Assembly (NCBI GenBank): GCA_001695645.1
Contig: LVZN01000011.1
Span: 1 to 32,000, forward strand
Source: Erysipelotrichaceae bacterium MTC7
Lineage (GTDB): Bacteria > Bacillota_I > Bacilli_A > Erysipelotrichales > Erysipelotrichaceae
Reading direction: 5' to 3'
DNA length: 32,000 nt
The translations under genes were made by a program, and so were the position numbers. Shown one piece after another: positions 8,982 to 17,276 of the stretch (the first letter of the stretch is position 1; each line of letters begins with the position of its first letter). The notes beneath the pieces are model-generated. The model saw nothing but the letters and a program-made list of their open reading frames with translations. It made no database searches and was not told where the DNA came from.

Positions 8982-9539
8982 CTATATCGTATCAAGTGTG
9001 TCAAATGCATCAAGCACATCCTTAATAACGGGAACGTGTTCCTGCATCAGTTCTTTGACCGGTTGAAGCTGTGCTTTTTTAATCACTTCATGTCCATTAC
9101 TTATCAGTGGACTTGCTAGGATCACCACAACAAGCATGACATATATGCACCCTTTGGCAAAACCTAGTACACTTCCTAGTAAGCGATTGATGGTTCCTAC
9201 AATCACGATGTCATTAAACTTTTTAGAAAGCACACGCACCAAGTAAAATGCCAAACTAATCAGTACAAAGAACACTAAAAAAATCACCAATTGTCCAGCT
9301 CTTTGATTAAGGGCATTGTTGATGTGCACTTCTCCAACATCGATATTTGTGGAAAACGTAAATCCACTTTGCGAAATAACAACCGATAAGATGTAAGAAA
9401 TAATCGCACTGATGAAGATGGATGCAAACATCACTAACTCCAACAAGAAACCATTCTTATAACCACGTACTGCATAAAAGAGCAATAATAAGGCTAAAAC
9501 GATGGTAATGCATATGCTATATGTGAGCGGGAAATCCAT
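8982..9539 (-). CDS. cvpA: CvpA-family membrane protein
   Basis: A 4-TM protein with RGYKNGF after TM1. It sits immediately upstream of mutS2, as yshB does in Bacillus. Confidence 0.65.
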   Translation of the reverse strand: MDFPLTYSICITIVLALLLLFYAVRGYKNGFLLELVMFASIFISAIISYILSVVISQSGFTFSTNIDVGEVHINNALNQRAGQLVIFLVFFVLISLAFYLVRVLSKKFNDIVIVGTINRLLGSVLGFAKGCIYVMLVVVILASPLISNGHEVIKKAQLQPVKELMQEHVPVIKDVLDAFDTLDTI

Positions 9540-9634
9540 AAAAACCTACTTTCTTTTATCGCTACTATCATACAATGCAACCCTGGGGAATGCAACTTAT
9601 GACAGATGTGTTATAATTGTTGAAAAAGGTGAAT

Positions 9635-10504
9635 ATGACAATAACAAAAACATACACAAAAGCGCAAATTGACAAACTATATCAAGCGCTAACTACGAAG
9701 GGTGAAATTCGCAAAACGCCACCATACGCAGTCTTTCAAATCAAAATGAGTGACTGTATGATTACCGCATATGAATCTGGTAAAGTTGTCTTTCAAGGTG
9801 ACGGTGCCGCTTTTTATGCAGGTGAAGATGACAAAGAAGTCACAAGTAAGCCATCCAACACACAACGCTTTCCCCAAAGTGGTAGTGATGAAGTTGGGAC
9901 TGGTGATTATTTTGGACCAGTTGTCGTGTGTGCAAGCCACGTAACAGAACGTGACATTCCCAGATTGCATAAACTTGGCGTTCAAGATTCCAAAAAAATG
10001 AAAGACGATGAAATTGTAAAGGTTGCCAAACAATTGATTACCTTCATTCCACATTCGCATTTAATTTTAACCAACGAGCGATATAACCATGTCCACAAAA
10101 CATTCAATATGAATGCCATCAAAGCAAAGATGCACAACAAAGCATTTCTGAATTTGGCAAACAAAGGCATTGACCTAAGTCAAGTTTACGTGGATCAATT
10201 TACACCACCAAAAAGTTACTTTCGCTACTTACAAGGTGAACCTGCGATTATTAAGGATATTCACTTTGAAACCAAAGCCGAAGATAAATACTTAAGTGTC
10301 GCATGTGCGTCCATTATTGCTCGCTATTACTTCTTAGATACCATGGATAAAATGAGTGCACACTACAATTTTGAGTTTCCCAAGGGTGCTGGTAAAAAAG
10401 TCGATGAAGCGATCTGCGAGTTTGTCAAACAGCATGGACAAGAAAGTCTCAATCAAGTGGCTAAGGTCCACTTTTCCAACACAACCAAAGCTTTATCTAT
10501 TTAA
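9635..10504 (+). CDS. rnhC: Ribonuclease HIII
   Basis: N-terminal TBP-like domain plus RNase HII/HIII core (GSDEVGTGDYFGPVVV, DSKKM). The ATG at 9635 has AAAGGTG upstream; I did not use the ORF-track TTG at 9617. Confidence 0.9.
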   Translation: MTITKTYTKAQIDKLYQALTTKGEIRKTPPYAVFQIKMSDCMITAYESGKVVFQGDGAAFYAGEDDKEVTSKPSNTQRFPQSGSDEVGTGDYFGPVVVCASHVTERDIPRLHKLGVQDSKKMKDDEIVKVAKQLITFIPHSHLILTNERYNHVHKTFNMNAIKAKMHNKAFLNLANKGIDLSQVYVDQFTPPKSYFRYLQGEPAIIKDIHFETKAEDKYLSVACASIIARYYFLDTMDKMSAHYNFEFPKGAGKKVDEAICEFVKQHGQESLNQVAKVHFSNTTKALSI

Positions 10505-10505
10505 G

Positions 10506-10528
10506 TACGCAGCATGCGTATTTTTTTT
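10506..10528 (+). terminator. Rho-independent terminator after rnhC
   Basis: TACGC-agcat-GCGTA followed by a T8 run. Confidence 0.65.
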
Positions 10529-10608
10529 GCAAACTTGTTGACAAGTTATAGTGAAAGGAGTAAAGTTCCTGTATTAACCCATTAATACAGATGGGTGGGA
10601 GGTTCTAT

Positions 10609-10998
10609 ATGTCAAAAAAAGTAAAACTTGGAATTGTTGCAGCAATTGTGCTTGTTCTGGTTGCCTTGGTCATACCTGTTGCTAAAGATTACTACGATAA
10701 CCGTTATGTAGGTAGTACATATTATGCTCGAGTCCCTGAATCTTACGATACAACACCACGCACAATTCTATCCGATGCAAAAGAAGATATGGGTAAAGGT
10801 GTCATCTACAACCTGCGTGTTTACAATGAAGCTGGCGATGAAAAAGAAGTCCAGTTTACTCGTTTTGAGGAAGACCAATCGATCATTGATCCTGGTACAT
10901 ATTTACAGTTAGAAGTTAGCGAATCTTCTATATCACAAGGCGAAGAAGTAATCACAAAAGATGAAGTGCCTAAAGCATTACAAAGCAAATTAGAGTAA
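10609..10998 (+). CDS. YxeA-family (DUF1093) membrane-anchored protein
   Basis: Start at MSKK with GGGAGG RBS. It has an N-terminal TM anchor, then the YYARV...YNLRVYNEAGDEKEVQF...GTYLQL pattern typical of YxeA. Confidence 0.6.
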   Translation: MSKKVKLGIVAAIVLVLVALVIPVAKDYYDNRYVGSTYYARVPESYDTTPRTILSDAKEDMGKGVIYNLRVYNEAGDEKEVQFTRFEEDQSIIDPGTYLQLEVSESSISQGEEVITKDEVPKALQSKLE

Positions 10999-11043
10999 CA
11001 TAGTTATCTCGGATTTTGAAATTCAACTAAAAACACCAAAAAA

Positions 11044-11072
11044 AGATCCACTTTGCAGTGGGTCTATTTTTT
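11044..11072 (+). terminator. Rho-independent terminator
   Basis: GATCCAC-tttgca-GTGGGTC (one G-U) followed by TATTTTTTT. Confidence 0.6.
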
Positions 11073-11289
11073 TGGTATCCTTTCCTATCAAGTCCTAAAC
11101 GTGAAGCGAGGTATCCCTTTCATACCTTTGATATATATAGAATAGCATATCCAACTTTAGGAAGTACAAAAACCCTATTTTTTGGACAAATATGCAAATA
11201 TTTGGAAAAATCGGTCATTTATGTTTAGAATAGGTGTTTTTATCGTGTTTTATTTATTGGATAAAGCTCAAGAAAGTGCTGGTTTTCAT

Positions 11290-11317
11290 AAAAAAAAGCA
11301 GATGAGGGCACATCTAC
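11290..11317 (-). terminator. Rho-independent terminator overlapping the stop of the small gene
   Basis: Minus strand GTAGATG-tgccct-CATCTGC (one G-U) followed by a T8 run. Confidence 0.55.
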
Positions 11318-11565
11318 TTCTTTTTGCTATGATAGTTTTTAAGAGCAATTGCGCAACCAATTGAAAGCGCTCCGATACAGGTTACCCAGACTAACATAGC
11401 CTCTCTATTTTCACTTGCTGTTTGCTTCGCACTTTTTTGGGTTGAGCCAAATATTTGTGCAATTGCTAAGCCGTTGTGTTGAGTGCTAATTGCACTCTGT
11501 GAAATTGGTGAGAATAAACAAGTGAGAGTTAGTATCCCTTTACACACAAGTGTAACAAAACTCAT
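11314..11565 (-). CDS. Small secreted/membrane protein (83 aa)
   Basis: AAGGAG RBS, N-terminal signal-like segment, C-terminal hydrophobic helix plus KKK tail, and its own terminator. Confidence 0.45.
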   Translation of the reverse strand: MSFVTLVCKGILTLTCLFSPISQSAISTQHNGLAIAQIFGSTQKSAKQTASENREAMLVWVTCIGALSIGCAIALKNYHSKKK

Positions 11566-11747
11566 CATTTTTTCTCCTTGAATAAGATTTATTCATCCAT
11601 ATAATACAACGCTATTCATATGTTGTAAAGTTATATTTTATAAGTAGATATATGGCTTGTTATATGGGTTTTTCAGTTTTAGGCATATCAATGGAAGCAC
11701 TTACGTTTTCACGATATGATAGATGCATGAAAAAGGAGAAATAGAAT

Positions 11748-13085
11748 ATGAGAAAAATAATAGTGGTAGGAGCAAATCATGCGGGTACTGCTGCCATCAA
11801 TACGATGTTAGACAACTACAAAGACATAGAGGTTACTGTATTTGATGCAAACTCGAACATTTCGTTTCTAGGGTGTGGTATGGCACTTTGGATTGGAAAA
11901 CAAATTGCCGGACCAGAGGGACTGTTTTATTCAGATAAAGCACAACTGGAAGCAAAAGGTGCTACCGTGCACATGAACACAAAAATCGATCGTATCGATT
12001 ACGAAAAGAAGGTTGTGTATGCAACAAACGCAGATGGTATGCAAAGTGAAGCAAGTTATGATAAGTTGATTCTTGCGACAGGTTCATTACCAATTGCCCC
12101 AAACATTCCAGGTGCCGATTTAGAGAATGTACAATTTGTGAAGTTGTATCAAAATGCACAAACGGTCATCGATAAATTGGACTTACATCCTGAAATTAAA
12201 GATATTGCGGTTGTTGGTGCTGGATACATTGGGGTGGAACTTGCAGAAGCGTTCCAACGCAATGGTCGACACGTCCGCTTGATTGATGTTGCAAATAGCT
12301 CATTATCAAGTTACTACGACAGTGAATTTACGACTTTGATGGATGAAAATTTAAATGAGCACGGAATTGAGTTACATTATGGTGAGTGCGTGCAAGCCAT
12401 CAAAGGAACAGATAAAGTTGAAAGCATTCAAACAGATAAAGGTGAATACCCTGTCCAAATGGTGATTCTTGCAGTTGGTTTTAAACCAAACAACCTACTT
12501 GGTGAAGGTCACTTAGACGTATTTAAAAACGGTGCATTCCTTGTGGATAAAACACAAAAGACAAGTGATGATAGCGTCTATGCCATTGGTGATTGTGCAA
12601 CGGTTTATGACAATGCTTTGCAAGCAACCAATTACATCGCTTTAGCAACAAACGCAGTTCGTAGTGGAATTGTTGGGGCACATAACGTTTGTGGAACACA
12701 TCTTGAAAGCTTGGGTGTCCAAGGAAGTAACGGAATTCACATTTATGGATTATCGATGGTATCAACAGGTCTTAGTTTACATAAAGCTAAAGAAGCTGGA
12801 TTTGATGCTTTAGCTACCGATTTTGAAGACCTACAAAAACCTGCCTTTGTCACTGAAGACAACCAACCGGTAAACATTCGTATTGTCTACGATAAAGCAA
12901 CACGTCGCATTCTAGGTGCGCAAATGGCGAGTATGTATGATATCTCTATGGGCATTCATATGTTCTCACTTGCAATTCAAGAAAAACTAACCATTGACCA
13001 ATTAAAATTGTTAGACTTATTTTTCTTACCACACTTTAACCAACCATATAACTACATTACAATGGCTGCACTACGTGCAAAATAA
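11748..13085 (+). CDS. nox: NADH oxidase (CoA-disulfide reductase/Nox family flavoprotein)
   Basis: FAD fold [12 protein letters not shown], redox Cys in [17 protein letters not shown] fold [13 protein letters not shown] and GDCA motif. RBS AAAGGAG. Confidence 0.9.
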   Translation: MRKIIVVGANHAGTAAINTMLDNYKDIEVTVFDANSNISFLGCGMALWIGKQIAGPEGLFYSDKAQLEAKGATVHMNTKIDRIDYEKKVVYATNADGMQSEASYDKLILATGSLPIAPNIPGADLENVQFVKLYQNAQTVIDKLDLHPEIKDIAVVGAGYIGVELAEAFQRNGRHVRLIDVANSSLSSYYDSEFTTLMDENLNEHGIELHYGECVQAIKGTDKVESIQTDKGEYPVQMVILAVGFKPNNLLGEGHLDVFKNGAFLVDKTQKTSDDSVYAIGDCATVYDNALQATNYIALATNAVRSGIVGAHNVCGTHLESLGVQGSNGIHIYGLSMVSTGLSLHKAKEAGFDALATDFEDLQKPAFVTEDNQPVNIRIVYDKATRRILGAQMASMYDISMGIHMFSLAIQEKLTIDQLKLLDLFFLPHFNQPYNYITMAALRAK

Positions 13086-13110
13086 AAAGGACGCGAGTCC
13101 TTTTTTGTTT
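13085..13110 (+). terminator. Rho-independent terminator after nox
   Basis: AAAAGGAC-gcga-GTCCTTTT followed by TTGTTTTT. Confidence 0.7.
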
Positions 13111-13123
13111 TTCCTTTACTGTA

Positions 13124-13152
13124 AAGAAAAACTCGTCTTAGATTTGACGAGT
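13124..13152 (-). terminator. Rho-independent terminator after zur
   Basis: Minus strand ACTCGTC-aaatctaa-GACGAGT followed by TTTTTCTTT. Confidence 0.55.
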
Positions 13153-13153
13153 G

Positions 13154-13519
13154 TTATTTGTGACAGTTTTTGCAGTACCCATAAACGGTTAAGTCGTGTT
13201 GTTTTACCTGAAAGCCTTCCTTACTTGCTGTATCATCAATGGCATGATGCACCATACAATCAATTTTAATTTTACTATGACATTGCAAACAAATCATATA
13301 GTGATGATGATCTTTGGCTGTGTAGTAATAATAAGCACTTCCATCAATGATACTTTTTGCCAGTAAGCCTTCTTTTTGAAAAAGTTCAAGGGTGCGATAT
13401 ATCGTTGCAATGTTGATTTGTTTATCAAGTACTTCATACAACATATCTGCACTGTATAAATTATCCAAACTCTCCATAAAGATATCAAGAATTTGCTTTC
13501 GATGTTTCGTTAAGCGCAT
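13154..13519 (-). CDS. zur: Fur-family regulator, probably Zur
   Basis: Winged helix (TKHRKQILD...ATIYRTL), CxxC pairs (CLQCH, CKNCH) and last position in the zinc ABC operon. The start at 13519 lies 2 nt after the permease stop. Confidence 0.8.
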   Translation of the reverse strand: MRLTKHRKQILDIFMESLDNLYSADMLYEVLDKQINIATIYRTLELFQKEGLLAKSIIDGSAYYYYTAKDHHHYMICLQCHSKIKIDCMVHHAIDDTASKEGFQVKQHDLTVYGYCKNCHK

Positions 13520-13520
13520 C

Positions 13521-14327
13521 TTAGTTACCTCGTACCTTTTTAAGGCCATAACAGCAAAGTAAAATCAATGTATAGGCTAATACGATGGTTGAACCGGTTG
13601 GAAAGTTTAAATGGTAACTCGCAACAATTCCCATAAACATACCTACGATTGCCAAACATACACCAAGGATTAACGTTTGTTTAAAACTTCGAGCAAGTTG
13701 CACTGCACTTAAACTAGGGAAAATCACAAACGCAGAAATCAGTAGAGTTCCTGCACTTCTCACCCCAAGCACGACAAACATTGCGGTACAAGCTGTTAGA
13801 GCATAACGTAGAAAGTGTACTTTTACCTTACGAAACCGTGCATAGTTTTCATCAAAGGTCATCGATAATAAGCTTCGATAGTTCACCACAACAAATACAA
13901 TGACTACCATTGCCAACAGCAAGGTTGTGATCATTTCTGTTTTTGTGACCGTTAAGATACTACCAACAAGCAAGGATTCAATGGAACGGTTAAATCCACT
14001 ACCCACCGTTGCAATAATTAATCCAATGGCAAGGGATACAGCACTGACAACACCGATGGCGGCATCGTTGTTGATACCTTCCTTACCTGACATATAGGTG
14101 ATAGCAAAACTAGCTAGCACCACAAATGGCAAGGCGAAGTATAGGGGTTGTTCACTAAACAAAAACCCTAAGATCACACCTGTAAAAGCGATATGACTCA
14201 TTCCATCGGCAATCATCGCTTGATTGCTAAACACTAGAAATGGTGATAAACATGCAGCACTAATGGCAAGTCCAATCCCCAAAATCAAAGCATATACCAT
14301 AAAGGAATGCGTAAACATACTAAACAT
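13521..14327 (-). CDS. znuB: Metal (zinc) ABC transporter permease
   Basis: ABC-3 type polytopic membrane protein. The start at 14327 (MFSMF) has AAGGAGG 7 nt upstream. The longer ORF-track N-terminus lies inside the ATPase gene. Confidence 0.85.
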   Translation of the reverse strand: MFSMFTHSFMVYALILGIGLAISAACLSPFLVFSNQAMIADGMSHIAFTGVILGFLFSEQPLYFALPFVVLASFAITYMSGKEGINNDAAIGVVSAVSLAIGLIIATVGSGFNRSIESLLVGSILTVTKTEMITTLLLAMVVIVFVVVNYRSLLSMTFDENYARFRKVKVHFLRYALTACTAMFVVLGVRSAGTLLISAFVIFPSLSAVQLARSFKQTLILGVCLAIVGMFMGIVASYHLNFPTGSTIVLAYTLILLCCYGLKKVRGN

Positions 14328-15036
14328 GTTGATGCCCTCCTTCATGGATACATTTATATTCTTTGACACTACCGTAGTAGTGAATACGTTGATCAATGTA
14401 TAAGATTTTCTTACCTTCATCTTTATATTCATGCAAATCATGGGTGATATAAAGAATGGTCGTACCTTGTTGATGCAAGGTTTCTAACAGTTGGTTGAAA
14501 TGTTCACGGAAACTTGGATCAAGTGCACTGGTTGGTTCATCCAGCAACAACAGTTTTGGTTGATTGATCAAAGCACGAATCAAGTACACCCGTTGTTGTT
14601 GCCCCCCAGATAACGTATCGATTGGCATATGTAGCGTGTGTTTGATTTGCATCTTATCTAACCAGGATTCCATCAGTTTTCTTTCCTCTGGTTTGATATG
14701 CAAACTTGGTTTGGCAATTCCTGTATAGATGACTTCTTTAACTGTTATTGGAATGTTGCGCTTATTAAAAAGTTTTTGCGGTAAATAGCCAATTTCTCCA
14801 TCTACATGAAGACTCACCGTTCCACTGGTTGGTTTTAACAGTCCTGTTAAAGTCGCTAACAAAGTTGATTTTCCACTACCGTTTGGCCCAATGACATACA
14901 CAAAGTCATGTTCATCAACTGTAAATGAAATATCATCAAGTGCTTTATAATCTTCAAAAGATACACTTAGATGATCAACTTCAATCACCGAGTGCTTGTT
15001 TGATGTTTTCGATGTTTTGTTTAAAGAGGTCGACAT
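14320..15036 (-). CDS. znuC: Metal (zinc) ABC transporter ATP-binding protein
   Basis: Walker A GPNGSGKST, signature LSGGQQQR and Walker B LLLLDEPTS. The ATG at 15036 has a GGAG RBS but overlaps znuA by 56 nt. An alternative GTG at 14988 has no RBS. Confidence 0.85.
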   Translation of the reverse strand: MSTSLNKTSKTSNKHSVIEVDHLSVSFEDYKALDDISFTVDEHDFVYVIGPNGSGKSTLLATLTGLLKPTSGTVSLHVDGEIGYLPQKLFNKRNIPITVKEVIYTGIAKPSLHIKPEERKLMESWLDKMQIKHTLHMPIDTLSGGQQQRVYLIRALINQPKLLLLDEPTSALDPSFREHFNQLLETLHQQGTTILYITHDLHEYKDEGKKILYIDQRIHYYGSVKEYKCIHEGGHQHV

Positions 15037-15925
15037 AACGGACTCCTTTCTTTGCTTGTTCTTTTGCTATATTGTGATAGCCATGTAGTTCAAGAATGTT
15101 TACCGTATAATCTTCTTGTTGCAAATTATCTTTAATTAAATTGGCAACACGGGGTTCCACAAGTTCTTCTGTAAACACGGTCTTAGCTTCATGTTTTACA
15201 ATTTCACTTGTCAGTGTTTCCAGTTGTTTTGCGGTTAGGTCTGCATCAGGTGTATACTCTTCATTTAATGAGACAATATCCAGATGATAGCGATCAGCAA
15301 ACGCATCCATCGCATTATGTCCAGCAAAGAATATGGTCGGATTTGTTTGGCTATCCATATACTGTTCAAAGTCTTCGTGCAAGCCTAAAATTTCTTGTTT
15401 ATATGCAGCTGCATTTGTTTCATATGTATCTTTGTGTGTACTGTCAAGTTGTACCAAGCGATCACAAACCGCATCAATCAATTGTATATAGGTTGTTGGA
15501 TCTGTCCAAAAATGCAGACTAGCATGATCGTGACCTTCATGGTCGTGTTCACTTTCATTTTCTGTTTCATGTTCATGATCATGTTTGGCTAACGTATACA
15601 TTTTCGACAAGTTCAGACTTTGTGACTTGTTGGCACTTGAACTGGTCCATGTTTCTAATTCTTCACTTAAAAAGACAAACAAGTCTGCTTCTTCAATGTT
15701 CACCATATCTTTTGTCGTCGGTTCAAAGTTATGTAGTTCACTACCCCATGGTGTCATATTACTCACATCAACAAGGTCTTTTGCTATATTGCTCACTAAA
15801 TCGTAACCAATAAAAGAACTTGCCACAACAACAGGTTTATCACTTGTTTTCTTATCAATGGTATTGGTACATCCACTTATCAAGGCAATGACAAGCAAAA
15901 GTAATGGTAGTAGTTTTCGTTTCAT
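14981..15925 (-). CDS. znuA: Zinc ABC transporter substrate-binding lipoprotein
   Basis: Start MKRKLL with AAGGAG RBS and lipobox LISGC. It has the cluster-9 SBP fold and a His/Asp/Glu-rich loop, HDHEHETENESEHDHEGHDH, typical of ZnuA/AdcA. Confidence 0.85.
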   Translation of the reverse strand: MKRKLLPLLLLVIALISGCTNTIDKKTSDKPVVVASSFIGYDLVSNIAKDLVDVSNMTPWGSELHNFEPTTKDMVNIEEADLFVFLSEELETWTSSSANKSQSLNLSKMYTLAKHDHEHETENESEHDHEGHDHASLHFWTDPTTYIQLIDAVCDRLVQLDSTHKDTYETNAAAYKQEILGLHEDFEQYMDSQTNPTIFFAGHNAMDAFADRYHLDIVSLNEEYTPDADLTAKQLETLTSEIVKHEAKTVFTEELVEPRVANLIKDNLQQEDYTVNILELHGYHNIAKEQAKKGVRYVDLFKQNIENIKQALGD

Positions 15926-15936
15926 GCATATTCTCC

Positions 15937-15957
15937 TTTTGCGAATCATTCGCAAAA
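15937..15957. promoter_or_regulatory. Candidate Zur box (perfect 10-1-10 palindrome)
   Basis: TTTTGCGAAT-C-ATTCGCAAAA lies between the -10 hexamer and the RBS of znuA. It has Fur-family 7-1-7-like architecture resembling the Firmicute Zur consensus (TCGTAATnATTACGA). Confidence 0.6.
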
Positions 15958-15960
15958 ATG

Positions 15961-15989
15961 ATTATACCACCAAAGTTAGACAGTGTAAA
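15961..15989 (-). promoter_or_regulatory. Sigma-A promoter of the zinc operon
   Basis: The minus strand reads TTTACA-17 nt-(TGg)TATAAT, a near-consensus promoter with an extended -10. Confidence 0.6.
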
Positions 15990-16073
15990 CTCATACAAGC
16001 AGTAAATAGTAGCTTTTCTATTTCCATCGATAGATATTTCTACTATAATGAAGTTATTGGGAAAGGAGCTTTT

Positions 16074-16328
16074 ATGGTTGGATATATTGCAGCAACACTA
16101 ACAACAATTTCATTTGTGCCCCAAGTGATACAAGTCGTAAAAACAAAAGATACCTCAAGTATTTCTTTAGGAATGTACAGTCTATTTGTTATTGGGGTCG
16201 CTTTGTGGCTAGTCTATGGTCTTGTTATTGGTGATTTACCGATGATTATTTCAAATGCCATTACGACTGTGTTATCAAGTGTGATTTTATCGTATAAAAT
16301 ACGCGCGGTTCTAGCAGCAAAAAAATAA
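16074..16328 (+). CDS. SemiSWEET (PQ-loop/MtN3 half-transporter, 84 aa)
   Basis: 3-TM protein with LTTISFVPQVIQVVKTKDTSSISL and a PQ motif. AAAGGAG RBS. The upstream 72 codons of the ORF-track entry are antisense to znuA. Confidence 0.8.
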   Translation: MVGYIAATLTTISFVPQVIQVVKTKDTSSISLGMYSLFVIGVALWLVYGLVIGDLPMIISNAITTVLSSVILSYKIRAVLAAKK

Positions 16329-16337
16329 AGAAATAAC

Positions 16338-16377
16338 AAGATGTCAACAACATGTATAGGTTCTTGACATCTTTTTC
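16338..16377 (+). terminator. Hairpin/terminator after SemiSWEET
   Basis: AAGATGTCAA...TTGACATCTT is a 10-bp stem with a 16-nt loop, followed by TTTTCTT. Confidence 0.45.
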
Positions 16378-16412
16378 TTACACTTTCTCAGTTCTATATT
16401 TTTCATACCATA

Positions 16413-16441
16413 TTTACCACATATCAATACTATGTTATAAT
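16413..16441 (+). promoter_or_regulatory. Candidate promoter of the DUF4234/DUF2752 pair
   Basis: TTTACC-17 nt-(TGt)TATAAT. Confidence 0.45.
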
Positions 16442-16471
16442 TTATTTCGAAAAATATAAGGGAGAAATTTT

Positions 16472-16831
16472 ATGATAAGAAAAAAATCAATTGTTACTTG
16501 CGTGCTATTAAGCATCTTCACTTGTGGTATTTACACGTTGTATTGGGTATCTACAATCACAAATGATGTTGCATACTTACGTCAAGATTCATCGTATCGC
16601 TCAGGTGGGATGGCAGTTCTACTAACGATCATCACTTGTGGTATTTATGGATACTACTGGGTTTACCAAACAAGTAGAGATATTTACAGCTTAGAACAAG
16701 ATAAGGAGTTTAGATCTTCAGACAACACGATTATCAATGTAATCTTTGCAATCTTTACAGCGTTTGTTGTTCCTTTAGCAATTATGCAGTCATCAGTCAA
16801 TAACCTAATCGATGCATCGCAACCATACTAA
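16472..16831 (+). CDS. DUF4234-domain membrane protein
   Basis: Two copies of the TCGIY..YW(V) signature (FTCGIYTLYWV, ITCGIYGYYWVY). RBS AAGGGAG. Confidence 0.7.
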   Translation: MIRKKSIVTCVLLSIFTCGIYTLYWVSTITNDVAYLRQDSSYRSGGMAVLLTIITCGIYGYYWVYQTSRDIYSLEQDKEFRSSDNTIINVIFAIFTAFVVPLAIMQSSVNNLIDASQPY

Positions 16832-17216
16832 AGATTTCATTTTGATGGGCATTGCCTTCATCATCCTGTTTTTTGTGTTAGGTTACCATTGTCCAATCAA
16901 CAGCATCCTTGGCATCCCTTGCCCAGGTTGTGGTATGACACGTGCATTTCTACAACTGTTGCAACTAGATGTTGCAAGTGCACTCTACTATCACCCACTG
17001 TGTATTGTCTTTGGTTTCTATGTGATCTTTATGGCGTATGTGTATATCAAAGAACATACCTTTTATGGAAACAAAGCTCGTTATGCGACTTGGTTTATGA
17101 TTGCCTTATTTTTGGTCGTCTATATCATTCGCATGATTTACATCTTTCCAAATGCACCAATGTCATTGGAAAAAGATGCTGTCATTTTCAGGCTGATTGA
17201 AGTCATAAAAAATTAA
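16812..17216 (+). CDS. DUF2752-domain membrane protein
   Basis: CPINSILGIPCPGCGMTRAF signature. The start is uncertain: ATG 16812 overlaps the upstream gene by 20 nt, ATG 16845 is the alternative, and neither has a clear RBS. Confidence 0.7.
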   Translation: MHRNHTKDFILMGIAFIILFFVLGYHCPINSILGIPCPGCGMTRAFLQLLQLDVASALYYHPLCIVFGFYVIFMAYVYIKEHTFYGNKARYATWFMIALFLVVYIIRMIYIFPNAPMSLEKDAVIFRLIEVIKN

Positions 17217-17227
17217 ATTAGTGTTAG

Positions 17228-17276
17228 AAAAAAGGTGTTGCCTTCATCATGTTAAGATGAAGGTAGCACCTTTTTA
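17228..17276. terminator. Bidirectional terminator between convergent genes
   Basis: AAGGTGTTGCCTTCATC-atgttaa-GATGAAGGTAGCACCTT (one mismatch), flanked by an A-run and a T-run. Confidence 0.65.

Noticed and set aside
11073-11124. Imperfect direct repeat GGTATCCTTTCCTAT / GGTATCCCTTTCATA in the intergenic region
   Set aside because: There are only two short, imperfect copies in AT-rich DNA, with no associated gene start or palindrome. This is indistinguishable from chance by eye.
11182-11364. 60-aa + strand ORF (TTG start)
   Set aside because: It has no RBS. It crosses the terminator hairpin and overlaps the 3' end of the convergent small gene.
13520-15955. Longer N-terminal extensions given by the ORF track for zur (to 13549), znuB (to 14441) and znuA (to 15955)
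   Set aside because: The internal ATGs at 13519, 14327 and 15925 have proper RBSs or spacing. They also give N-termini typical of the families (a lipoprotein signal for znuA). The extensions lie inside upstream genes or the promoter/operator.
15858-16073. 72 extra N-terminal codons on the SemiSWEET ORF
   Set aside because: This part is antisense to the znuA 5' end and promoter. The AAAGGAG RBS precedes the ATG at 16074 and gives the canonical ~84-aa 3-TM protein.
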